Part shown: piece by piece, positions 26,899-34,470 of the stretch | Layout: the number at the start of each line of letters is the position of its first letter | Position numbering within the stretch: the stretch's first letter is position 1 | Assembly (NCBI GenBank): GCA_016204945.1 | Contig: JACQJQ010000100.1 | Location: 1-50,926 of the forward strand | Direction of reading: 5' to 3' | DNA from: Elusimicrobiota bacterium | GTDB taxonomy: Bacteria > Elusimicrobiota > Elusimicrobia > UBA1565 > UBA9628 | Length of the DNA: 50,926 nt | Position numbers and translations under genes: made by a program | Notes under the pieces: model-generated | Seen by the model: only the letters and a program-made list of their open reading frames with translations | Told to the model about the DNA's origin: nothing | Database searches by the model: none

Positions 26899-27638
26899 AG
26901 GCCGAGAGCAACCGCGAGCCGGTCAAGGTTCTGGACAAAGGCTTCGTCCGTCTTGTGGATTTCATGGGCGGAGACCAGGGCGTCGTCGACGCCGCGCGCG
27001 TCTCCTACGGCGGCGCGTCGAAGGGCGCCGAGGCCGACCGGAAGCTGATCGGCTACCTGCTCAAGCACTCCCACATGACGCCGTTCGAGCACGCGGTGTT
27101 CAAGTTCCACGTCAGCGCCCCCATCTTCGTCGCGCGCCAATGGTTCCGCCACCGCTTCGCCGCCTACAACGAGGTTTCGTTCCGGTACACGGAGGTGAAG
27201 GACTACTTCTACATGCCGGAAAGATGGCGGGGGCAGGACAAGAAAAACAAGCAGGGCTCCTCCGCCGCGCCGGAGCTCGATCAGGACGCGCTTCACGGGC
27301 TGTTCCGGACCCAGGTGGACGGAGCCCTCGCCGCTTACAAAAAAATGCTCGGGATGGGCGTCGCCCGCGAGATGGCGCGCATGGTCCTGCCCGTCAACCT
27401 CTACACCGAGTTCTACTGGACGGTCAACGCCCGCAGCCTCATGAACTTCGTGGCGCTGCGCGCCGACGCGCACGCGCAGCTCGAGATCCAGGCCTACGGA
27501 GAGGCCCTGGCCCGGCAGTTCAAGGACCTCATGCCGTGGACCTACGAGGCGTTCCTGCGCGACGGTTGGAGGGGCGAGAACCCGACGATCGCCGCCGAGA
27601 AGGCCGCCCTTCCCAGCCTCCAGACCGCCGCGAAATAG
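26895..27638 (+). CDS. thyX: flavin-dependent thymidylate synthase
   Basis: ThyX motif RHRFAAYNEVSFRY, HMTPFEH, YTEFYWTVNARSLMNF. Confidence 0.9.
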   Translation: MKAESNREPVKVLDKGFVRLVDFMGGDQGVVDAARVSYGGASKGAEADRKLIGYLLKHSHMTPFEHAVFKFHVSAPIFVARQWFRHRFAAYNEVSFRYTEVKDYFYMPERWRGQDKKNKQGSSAAPELDQDALHGLFRTQVDGALAAYKKMLGMGVAREMARMVLPVNLYTEFYWTVNARSLMNFVALRADAHAQLEIQAYGEALARQFKDLMPWTYEAFLRDGWRGENPTIAAEKAALPSLQTAAK

Positions 27639-27639
27639 C

Positions 27640-28092
27640 GTGTCGCCGGCCTACGAGATCGTGCTCGTGCGGCCCGACATCGCGGGCAACACCGGGAACA
27701 TCGGGCGCAGCTGCATGGCCCTTGGCTGCCGCCTGCACCTCGTGCATCCGCTGGGCTACGAGATCACCGACGCGAACCTCAAGCGCGCGGGCCTCGACTA
27801 CTGGCCGAACCTGGACCTCCGGCAGCACGACGGCGTCGCCGAATGGCTCGCGAGCGTCGAGCCGGAGCGCGAGGTTTGGCTGCTCTCGACCAAGGCGAAG
27901 AAGAGCTGGAGCCCCGCCGAGGTCTCCCGCGGCGCGGTCCTGGTGTTCGGCTCCGAGACGGGCGGCCTGCCGCCCGAGGTCCACGCTCGCTGGAGCGAAC
28001 GCGAGCGCAAAATCCCCATCGACGCGCGGGCTCGAAGCCTGAACCTGTCCGCATGCGTCGCGATGACGCTGGGCAGCCTCATCCTTCGCTGA
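27640..28092 (+). CDS. trmL: tRNA (cytidine/uridine-34-2'-O)-methyltransferase TrmL (SpoU family)
   Basis: GTG start. IAGNTGNIGRSC, LVFGSETGGLP, RSLNLS. Confidence 0.8.
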   Translation: MSPAYEIVLVRPDIAGNTGNIGRSCMALGCRLHLVHPLGYEITDANLKRAGLDYWPNLDLRQHDGVAEWLASVEPEREVWLLSTKAKKSWSPAEVSRGAVLVFGSETGGLPPEVHARWSERERKIPIDARARSLNLSACVAMTLGSLILR

Positions 28093-28144
28093 CCCGCAAG
28101 GCGAGCGGCGCCATGATGCACGCACAACATCCCACATCCAACGA

Positions 28145-28194
28145 GCATGAATTTTGATGCTCAAAGCATGGAATTTGTCGGGCCTGTGCATGCA
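28145..28194. promoter_or_regulatory. three phased GCATG-core repeats in a non-coding lower-G+C spacer: GCATGAATTTTG at 28145, GCATGGAATTTG at 28166, TGCATGCA at 28187
   Basis: Read directly from the sequence. Spacing is 21-22 nt. No ORF of 60 aa or more covers 28160-28345 apart from the 5' end of the 27529..28269 (-) track ORF, which I reject as a shadow. Confidence 0.25.
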
Positions 28195-28309
28195 GAAACG
28201 AACCAGGGGTTCATTAGCGAAACTCAATCTACCAGGCGGAATGCAGCTGTAGCCGGTCCGGGTGTCCATTGATCACCCAGCAATCCGACTTACCTATGTC
28301 GCGTTATTC

Positions 28310-28329
28310 AACTCGTCCTGGGACGAGTT
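28310..28329. terminator. perfect hairpin AACTCGTC-CTGG-GACGAGTT between the convergent trmL and relE ends
   Basis: 8-bp stem with a 4-nt loop. TTTAT follows on the plus strand. There is no U-tract on the minus strand. Confidence 0.3.
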
Positions 28330-28345
28330 TATGGATAACTGGACG

Positions 28346-28627
28346 TTATTTCTTGTAGGCATCTCGCCGCAGTGAAAGCGCGAGCATCGAGACGACCCGC
28401 GCCTCATCGTCCACCAGATAAAAAGCCCTCCAATCGCCGATGCGCCACCGCCACGTTTCAGGCTGATAATTCCTCAGCATGCGAGCCTGGGAATGACCCC
28501 GAGAGCGCCTCAGAAAGGGATAAACATAGCCGGTCAGCTTGGCGCGAAGCCGCTCGCGCAAGGAGGCGGGGGCTGCCGCAATATCTTCCAAAAAAGAGGC
28601 GGTTTCGAAGATTCGGTAATCAGCCAA
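28346..28627 (-). CDS. type II toxin, RelE/ParE family
   Basis: 93 aa. ..WRWRIGDWRAFYLVDDEARVVSMLALSLRRDAY is the typical RelE/ParE C-terminal core. Overlaps the antitoxin stop by 8 nt. Confidence 0.8.
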   Translation of the reverse strand: MADYRIFETASFLEDIAAAPASLRERLRAKLTGYVYPFLRRSRGHSQARMLRNYQPETWRWRIGDWRAFYLVDDEARVVSMLALSLRRDAYKK

Positions 28628-28859
28628 TCATGCGTCCGCGACGGGCTTTCGCGTCGCGCGTGCCGGCACGAATGCGTCGCATGAGCGAGGCATCGCGCAC
28701 GATCCCATGTTGCTCCTCCGCGTCAATATACGCGCTTTCCAGATGCCGCTTGGCCGCCGTCTCGATCATATTCGAGAGCGTGCGGTTGTCGGCCTGGGCG
28801 CAATCGCGGAAGAAGGCGTAGGTCGCGTCGTCGAGGCGGAGGGTCACCGTTTTGGGCAT
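28620..28859 (-). CDS. type II antitoxin, ribbon-helix-helix (CopG-like)
   Basis: MPKTVTLRLDDATYAFFRDCAQADNRTLSNMIETAAKRHL is an RHH fold pattern. Located upstream of the toxin. Confidence 0.75.
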   Translation of the reverse strand: MPKTVTLRLDDATYAFFRDCAQADNRTLSNMIETAAKRHLESAYIDAEEQHGIVRDASLMRRIRAGTRDAKARRGRMIG

Positions 28860-28868
28860 GATTTTTTT

Positions 28869-28898
28869 ATATTCGATCGTATTCATATATATTCTAAC
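28869..28898 (-). promoter_or_regulatory. candidate toxin-antitoxin promoter/operator: (A/G)TATTC three times at exact 10-bp phasing (28870, 28880, 28890), overlapping a minus-strand TAGAAT box (28891-28896)
   Basis: Read directly from the AT-rich stretch immediately upstream of the antitoxin ATG. Confidence 0.4.
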
Positions 28899-29039
28899 GG
28901 GACTCCCGGGTTCCGTCAAGGCCCCCCACACCATACGATCGACATGCCCCGATTGTTCCCTTCAGCGCCATTGCGCGCTCTCGATTTTCCCTTTATAATT
29001 CGGCATTAACGTCCGCATTCGGCTCGCCGGTCCACACCC

Positions 29040-30044
29040 ATGAAAACCATCCTCACCGTCGGAGTCGCCCTCTTCGCCGCCGTCGCGGGCGCCGCGACGC
29101 CCGCCGAGGTCGAACGCGGCGACCTCGAGATCGTCGTCAAGGCGTCGGGCACCGTCGTGGCCGACGGCGTCTTCCTCATCAAGTCGGCGATCGAGGGCCG
29201 CGTCGAGAGCGTCCCGGCCTCGACCTACGCCTGGCATAAGGCGGACCAGACGCTCGCCTGGCTCGCGCACAGGGAGCTGGCGGCGATGATCGACTCGAAA
29301 GGCTCCCAGGACGTCGGCATCCTCGAGGACCGCTGGCAGCGCGTCTTCCGCCCGGCGCCCGCGCGCTGCCGGGACACGTGCTTCATCCTCAAGAGCTTCC
29401 TCAAGCTGAAGACCTGGATCAAGCCCGAGTCCCCGATGTTCGAGGCCGCCTCGACGCTCAAGCTCGTGGGACGCGTGCGGCCCGAGGACGCGTACTGGAT
29501 CCGCGACGGGCAGGAGCTCGTTTTTTGGCCGCTCGCGGATCCGAGGCGGGTCCTGCGCGGACGCGTGGCGCAATACCGCCTCGACCGGCGGGACGCGAAA
29601 GACTCCGCTCCGGGCGGCGCGTTCACTTTGATCATGCCGCCCGACCGCTCCCTCGTCCCGGGAACCGCGTGGGAAGGCCGGATCATCCCGCTCTCGAGGA
29701 AAGGCGCGCTCCATGTGCCGACCGGGGCGCTCATCCGCAGGGGCGAGGACACCTATTTGACCGTGCGCGTCTCGACCGGGATCACGACGCGGGGGCGGAC
29801 CGAGGTCACCTCCGGCGTCCAAGAGGGGCGCGGCATCCTCATCCTCGGAGACTCGCAGCTGTCCGGCGCGCAGCGCTACGCGCCGGAAGACGATCACGAG
29901 GCCCTCCGGCTCCGAGCGCGCGAACGGCGGGACGCCGAGGCATGGGACGAGGGGCGCCCGGCCCCGGCGAAGCGGCGGGACAAGCACGCCGAGGTCATCG
30001 ACAACGCCGACTACGGGGAGGATCCTTATGCCGAGCCCCAATAG
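29040..30044 (+). CDS. HlyD/membrane-fusion-protein-like periplasmic adaptor (orphan)
   Basis: Signal peptide. VERGDLEIVVKASGTVVADGVFLIKSAIEGRVESV (MFP N-terminal pattern) and ALHVPTGALIRRGEDTYLTVRV..TEVTSGV..GILILGD (C-terminal pattern). Confidence 0.5.
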   Translation: MKTILTVGVALFAAVAGAATPAEVERGDLEIVVKASGTVVADGVFLIKSAIEGRVESVPASTYAWHKADQTLAWLAHRELAAMIDSKGSQDVGILEDRWQRVFRPAPARCRDTCFILKSFLKLKTWIKPESPMFEAASTLKLVGRVRPEDAYWIRDGQELVFWPLADPRRVLRGRVAQYRLDRRDAKDSAPGGAFTLIMPPDRSLVPGTAWEGRIIPLSRKGALHVPTGALIRRGEDTYLTVRVSTGITTRGRTEVTSGVQEGRGILILGDSQLSGAQRYAPEDDHEALRLRARERRDAEAWDEGRPAPAKRRDKHAEVIDNADYGEDPYAEPQ

Positions 30045-31272
30045 GCCGCACATCGCGCCCACGCGGCGCGTGCTCGCGATCGTGCTCGCCGGAGGCAAGG
30101 GCGAGCGCCTGCACCCGCTAACGCACGAGCGCTCCAAGCCCGCCGTGCCGTTCGGCGGGAAATACCGCATCGTGGACTTCGTGCTCTCGAATCTCGTGAA
30201 CTCGGGCATGCTGTCGATCTACGTCCTCGTGCAGTACATGTCCCAGAGCCTCATCGAGCACCTGCGCTCCAACTGGCGGACCGCCGGCCTCACGCGGGAG
30301 CACTTCATCACCGTCGTGCCCCCGCAGATGCGCCTCGGCACTATGTGGTACCGGGGCACGGCCGACGCCGTGCGCCAGAACTTGAACTTGATCCATGATT
30401 TCGATCCGGACCTCGTGGTCGTTTTCGGGGCGGATCACGTCTACCGCATGGACGTCGGCCAAATGGTCCAGTGGCACGCGGAAAAGGGCGCCGACGTCAC
30501 CATCTCGACGATCCCCGTTCCCCTCAAGAGCGTCCCGTCCTTCGGCATCGTGCAGGCCGACGCCAAGGGCCGCGTGTCCGAGTTCATCGAGAAGCCGCAG
30601 ACGACCGCGCCGATGCCCGGCAGCGCCTCGCACGCGCTGGCGTCGATGGGCAACTACGTGTTCACCAAGGACGTCCTCGTCGACCTGCTCAAGAGCAGGC
30701 ACAAGGACGACGGCGACCTCGACTTCGGCAAGAACGTCCTGCCCGGCATGCTCAAGACCCACAAGCTCTACGCCTACGACTTCTCGACCAACATCCTGCC
30801 CGGGCTCAAGACGTACGAGGAGCAGGCGTACTGGCGCGACGTCGGGACGATCGGCGCCTTCTACCAGTCCAACATGGACATTCTCGGCGCGCGCCCGCGC
30901 CTGAACCTCAACAATCGCCGCTGGTTCATCCACTCGGGCCGCTACGACGGCCCCCCCGCGAAAGTGCTCGACGGCAAGCTGACGAACTGCATCATCAGCG
31001 ACGGCTGCTTCGTGCGCAACGCGACGATCAAGAACTCGATCATCGGCCGCGGCGTGCACATCCACGATGGGGCCGTGATCGAGGATTCGATCATCATGGA
31101 TTTCTGCAAGATCCGCTCCGAGGCGCACCTCCGGCGCGTGATCGTGGACCGCTTCAACGAGATACCCGCCAAGCTCAAGATCGGCCTCAACTCGGCGGAA
31201 GACGCGAAGCGCTATTTCGTGGATCCGAGCGGCATCGTGCTCGTCCCCCGCGGAGAAACGGCCCAACGCTGA
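30028..31272 (+). CDS. glgC: glucose-1-phosphate adenylyltransferase
   Basis: LAIVLAGGKGERLHPLTHERSKPAVPFGGKYRIVDFVLSN, WYRGTADAV, GADHVYRMD. Confidence 0.9.
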   Translation: MPSPNRPHIAPTRRVLAIVLAGGKGERLHPLTHERSKPAVPFGGKYRIVDFVLSNLVNSGMLSIYVLVQYMSQSLIEHLRSNWRTAGLTREHFITVVPPQMRLGTMWYRGTADAVRQNLNLIHDFDPDLVVVFGADHVYRMDVGQMVQWHAEKGADVTISTIPVPLKSVPSFGIVQADAKGRVSEFIEKPQTTAPMPGSASHALASMGNYVFTKDVLVDLLKSRHKDDGDLDFGKNVLPGMLKTHKLYAYDFSTNILPGLKTYEEQAYWRDVGTIGAFYQSNMDILGARPRLNLNNRRWFIHSGRYDGPPAKVLDGKLTNCIISDGCFVRNATIKNSIIGRGVHIHDGAVIEDSIIMDFCKIRSEAHLRRVIVDRFNEIPAKLKIGLNSAEDAKRYFVDPSGIVLVPRGETAQR

Positions 31273-31404
31273 CCCGCTGGCCGGGATCTCTCCACCGCTC
31301 CCCTATCTGAGCATTCAGATACATCACACAGATAGGAGGCTCTGAAGAAAGCGAAATACGGGGCGAAATGGCTACAATGGGGCCGTGAAGTCGGAGGCCG
31401 ATCC

Positions 31405-32361
31405 ATGACCACGAAGCTCATACGGCTCAACGATCAGGCGGAGACGGTGCGCCTCCTGGGAGAACAGGACGCGCGGCTGCGCGAGCTCGAGCGCGACTTC
31501 GGCGTCGAGATCTTCCTGCGCCAGGACGCGGAGAGCGGGGGCCTCTCGCTGACCGTGAAGGGAAGCGCCGGACGCGTGGAGAAGGCCGCGCGCCGCCTGC
31601 GCGCGGAGATCGACGCCCTGCGGCGCCGCGCCGCGCCCGCCGATCCGCGCGGCTTCGAGCCGATCAACCTCGACGCGCCGTCCCTGCCCGAGGACGGCCT
31701 GTACCGCGCCCACAGCGGCAAGGTGATCCGGGCGCGCACGCCGAACCAGCAGAAGTACTGCGACATGATCGCCGGACACGATCTGACCTTCGGCGTCGGC
31801 CCGGCCGGCACGGGCAAGACTTTCCTCGCGGTCGCCTGCGCCCTGCGCGCCTTGGAATCCCGGCAGGCGACCCGGATCGTCCTCTCGCGTCCGGTCGTCG
31901 AGGCGGGCGAGAGGCTCGGCTTCCTGCCCGGCGACCTGATGGAGAAGGTGAACCCCTACCTGCGCCCGCTCTACGACGCGTTCATCTCGCTCCTCGGCGG
32001 AGAGCGCTTCCGCACCTGGCGCGACAACGACGTCATCGAGATCGTGCCGCTGGCCTACATGCGCGGCCGCACGTTCGAGGACGCGTTCATGATTCTCGAT
32101 GAGGCGCAAAACACCACGCCGGAACAGATGAAGATGTTCCTCACGCGCATGGGCTCCGGCTCCAAGGCCGTCGTCACCGGAGACACCACGCAGAACGACC
32201 TCGGCGCGCGCGCGGCCTCGGGCCTCGTGCGCGTGCTGGAGATCCTCAAGGGCATAGAGGGCGCGGCCACGATGCGCATGGCCGAGGCCGACGTGTCCCG
32301 CCACCCCCTCGTCAAGCGCATCGTCCGCGCCTACGACAAATGGGACGAAAAGGCGGGCTGA
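31405..32361 (+). CDS. phoH: PhoH-family ATPase
   Basis: GVGPAGTGKTFLAVA Walker A, ILDEAQN, VVTGDTTQNDL. GGAGG (31393-31397) lies 7 nt before the ATG, and TACAAT is at 31373-31378. Confidence 0.9.
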   Translation: MTTKLIRLNDQAETVRLLGEQDARLRELERDFGVEIFLRQDAESGGLSLTVKGSAGRVEKAARRLRAEIDALRRRAAPADPRGFEPINLDAPSLPEDGLYRAHSGKVIRARTPNQQKYCDMIAGHDLTFGVGPAGTGKTFLAVACALRALESRQATRIVLSRPVVEAGERLGFLPGDLMEKVNPYLRPLYDAFISLLGGERFRTWRDNDVIEIVPLAYMRGRTFEDAFMILDEAQNTTPEQMKMFLTRMGSGSKAVVTGDTTQNDLGARAASGLVRVLEILKGIEGAATMRMAEADVSRHPLVKRIVRAYDKWDEKAG

Positions 32362-32807
32362 ACGTCGTCGTCGCCGGCATGGCCTCCCTGCCGCCCGCGG
32401 CGCGGCGCGGCCTTCTCTACAAAAAGGCGGTGGCGCTCGCCTTCGCTTCGTCGAGGAAAGCGGCCGGAATCCGCGGCGAGGTCAACCTCGTGTTCATCGG
32501 GCGCGCCGCGATGCTGCGGATGAACCGCCATTACCTGGGTCATGACGGCGACACGGACGTCATCGCCTTTCCGTACGACGCCCCGCGGGCGCTCGCCGGC
32601 CCCGAGCGCCCGGTCGGGGACATCTTCATCTCCGCGTGGATGACGCGGCGGCAGGCGAAGGCGCTGGGCCACTCCGTCGCCGTCGAGGCCGCGACGCTCG
32701 CCGTCCACGGCGCCCTGCACCTGCTCGGCCACGACGATCACCGCCCGGCCGCGAAAGCCCGCATGTTCCGGGCGCAGGACCGGATCGTCGCCTCCCTGCG
32801 TGGCTAA
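32340..32807 (+). CDS. ybeY: rRNA maturation endoribonuclease YbeY
   Basis: TDVIAFPY and HGALHLLGHDD metal motif. Conserved phoH-ybeY order. The exact start is uncertain (22-nt overlap with phoH). Confidence 0.85.
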   Translation: MGRKGGLNVVVAGMASLPPAARRGLLYKKAVALAFASSRKAAGIRGEVNLVFIGRAAMLRMNRHYLGHDGDTDVIAFPYDAPRALAGPERPVGDIFISAWMTRRQAKALGHSVAVEAATLAVHGALHLLGHDDHRPAAKARMFRAQDRIVASLRG

Positions 32808-34470
32808 GGACGCGTCCGGCGTCCGGATCGAGCCCGAGCGCGCCTTGGGGGCGCTGTGGATGCTTGGGGCGGCGGTCTTCTGGCTCGTGCCCGACCAGAA
32901 GCTCATCCGCGCGAAACTGCTCGCCGTGCAGGCCGTCGTTCTGCTCGCGGGCGGCCGCCTCGCGTGGCGCGCCGCGGCGCGGCGCGATCCGGGACGACGC
33001 TCCGCCCTTGACGGCCCGGCGGCGGCTCTCTCGGCCGCGGGCCTCGTTTTCTGGGCGCTCTCGCCCGATCTCGCCGTTTCGCAGTCCGAAGCCGCGCGCC
33101 TTCTGTTCTGCGGCCTCGCTTTCTGGACCGCCAGCCGCTCTTTCGCGCTGACGAGCCCGGAGCCGTTCCTGGCGTCTTGGAGCGCCGCCGCGGCGGCGGC
33201 GGCCTCTTGGGCGCTCCTGGAGGCGGCTCAAGGCCGCTCCCGTCCCTTCGCGAGTTTCGGCAATCCGATCTTTCTCGGCACGGCGCTGGCCTCGGCCCTG
33301 CCCTTGACTCTGGCCCGGGCCCTGAAATCCGCCGGGGCCAACCGCGCGCTGTGGACGGCGGCGGCGGCGCTTCAAGGCGCCGGGCTTCTGCTCGCGCGCT
33401 CCCGCGCGGCGGCCTTCGGGCTCCTCGCCGGCCTCTCGCTCTGGGCGCTCGCGAGCCTTGAAGGACGAAGGCGCCTGGGGGCGCTCGGCGGCGCCGCGGC
33501 CCTCGCCGCCGCGGCGGCATGGGCGTTCCTTGGCCGCGAGTGGACGCACGTCTTGATCTGGCGCGACACGCTGGCGCTGTGGCGCTCCCATCCACTGATC
33601 GGCTGCGGCCTCGGCCGCTTTCATCTCGAATTTCCCGCCTTCGCCTCCGCGGAGCTCAAGGCCCGCTGGCCCGAGGGACGCATGATCGTCAATTTCGCCC
33701 ACAACGAGTACCTGCAGACCTTGGCCGAGACCGGCCCGCTCGGCTTGGCGGCCCTGCTCGCGGTGCCCGCCGCCGCGTGGCTCATGCTCAAGCGCGGCGG
33801 CGCCGGCGAGGGGCGCCTGGAGCGCGGGGCGGCGACGGCCGGCGCCTTGGCCCTGTTCTCCGCCGCCCTCGTTTCCCCGGATATGCGCCTGGGAGCCTCG
33901 TCGTTCGCGGCGTTCGCCCTTCTCGGCGCCGCGTCCCGCGCCGAGGCGAGCGGCGCCGCGCCGCGCGCGATTTTTCCCCTCGGAGCCCTGCTCGTCTTCC
34001 TCGGCCTCGCCGCGCAGTCGCCGCTCGCCGTGCGCCGCAACGCGGCGGAGGCCCCTTTTCACGCCGGCGCCGACGCGATCCGCCTCCGCGAACTGGAGGA
34101 GCGCTTGGCGCGCTCGCCGCGGGACGCGGATGCGGCCGAGGAGCTCGGCTTCCTCAAGGCGAAGGCGTCCGATTTCGACGGGGCTCGAGCCGCGTTTCGC
34201 CGCGCGTCGAGGCTCGCGCCCTCGCGGCCGGGCCCGCTGAACAACCTGGGGAACCTCGCCTATCTCGCGGGCGATTTCGACGAAGCGATCGGCTGGTGGG
34301 AGAAATCGCTGGCCGCGGCGCCCGCGCAGATCGACGCGCGGATAAACCTCGCCAAGCTTCTCTGCGAGCGCGGCCGCCTGAAGGCCTGCTCGGGCCACCT
34401 CGACGAGGTATTGCGCCGGGAGCCGTCGAACGCGAAGGCCCGGGTGTTGTATAAGAAGATGCTCGAATGA
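32800..34470 (+). CDS. O-antigen ligase (Wzy_C) family membrane protein with C-terminal TPR repeats
   Basis: Polytopic. LLARSRAAAFGLLAG, GCGLGRFHLEF, FAHNEYLQTLAETGPLGL. The C-terminal part has repeats of the type AEELGFLKA.., LNNLGNLAYLAGDFDEAIGWWEKSL. Confidence 0.75.
   Translation: MAKDASGVRIEPERALGALWMLGAAVFWLVPDQKLIRAKLLAVQAVVLLAGGRLAWRAAARRDPGRRSALDGPAAALSAAGLVFWALSPDLAVSQSEAARLLFCGLAFWTASRSFALTSPEPFLASWSAAAAAAASWALLEAAQGRSRPFASFGNPIFLGTALASALPLTLARALKSAGANRALWTAAAALQGAGLLLARSRAAAFGLLAGLSLWALASLEGRRRLGALGGAAALAAAAAWAFLGREWTHVLIWRDTLALWRSHPLIGCGLGRFHLEFPAFASAELKARWPEGRMIVNFAHNEYLQTLAETGPLGLAALLAVPAAAWLMLKRGGAGEGRLERGAATAGALALFSAALVSPDMRLGASSFAAFALLGAASRAEASGAAPRAIFPLGALLVFLGLAAQSPLAVRRNAAEAPFHAGADAIRLRELEERLARSPRDADAAEELGFLKAKASDFDGARAAFRRASRLAPSRPGPLNNLGNLAYLAGDFDEAIGWWEKSLAAAPAQIDARINLAKLLCERGRLKACSGHLDEVLRREPSNAKARVLYKKMLE

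Noticed and set aside
27529-28269. 246-aa minus-strand ORF whose 5' end lies in the lower-G+C spacer
   Set aside because: Most of it is antisense to trmL. The first 50 or so codons in the spacer show no recognisable family and no start context.
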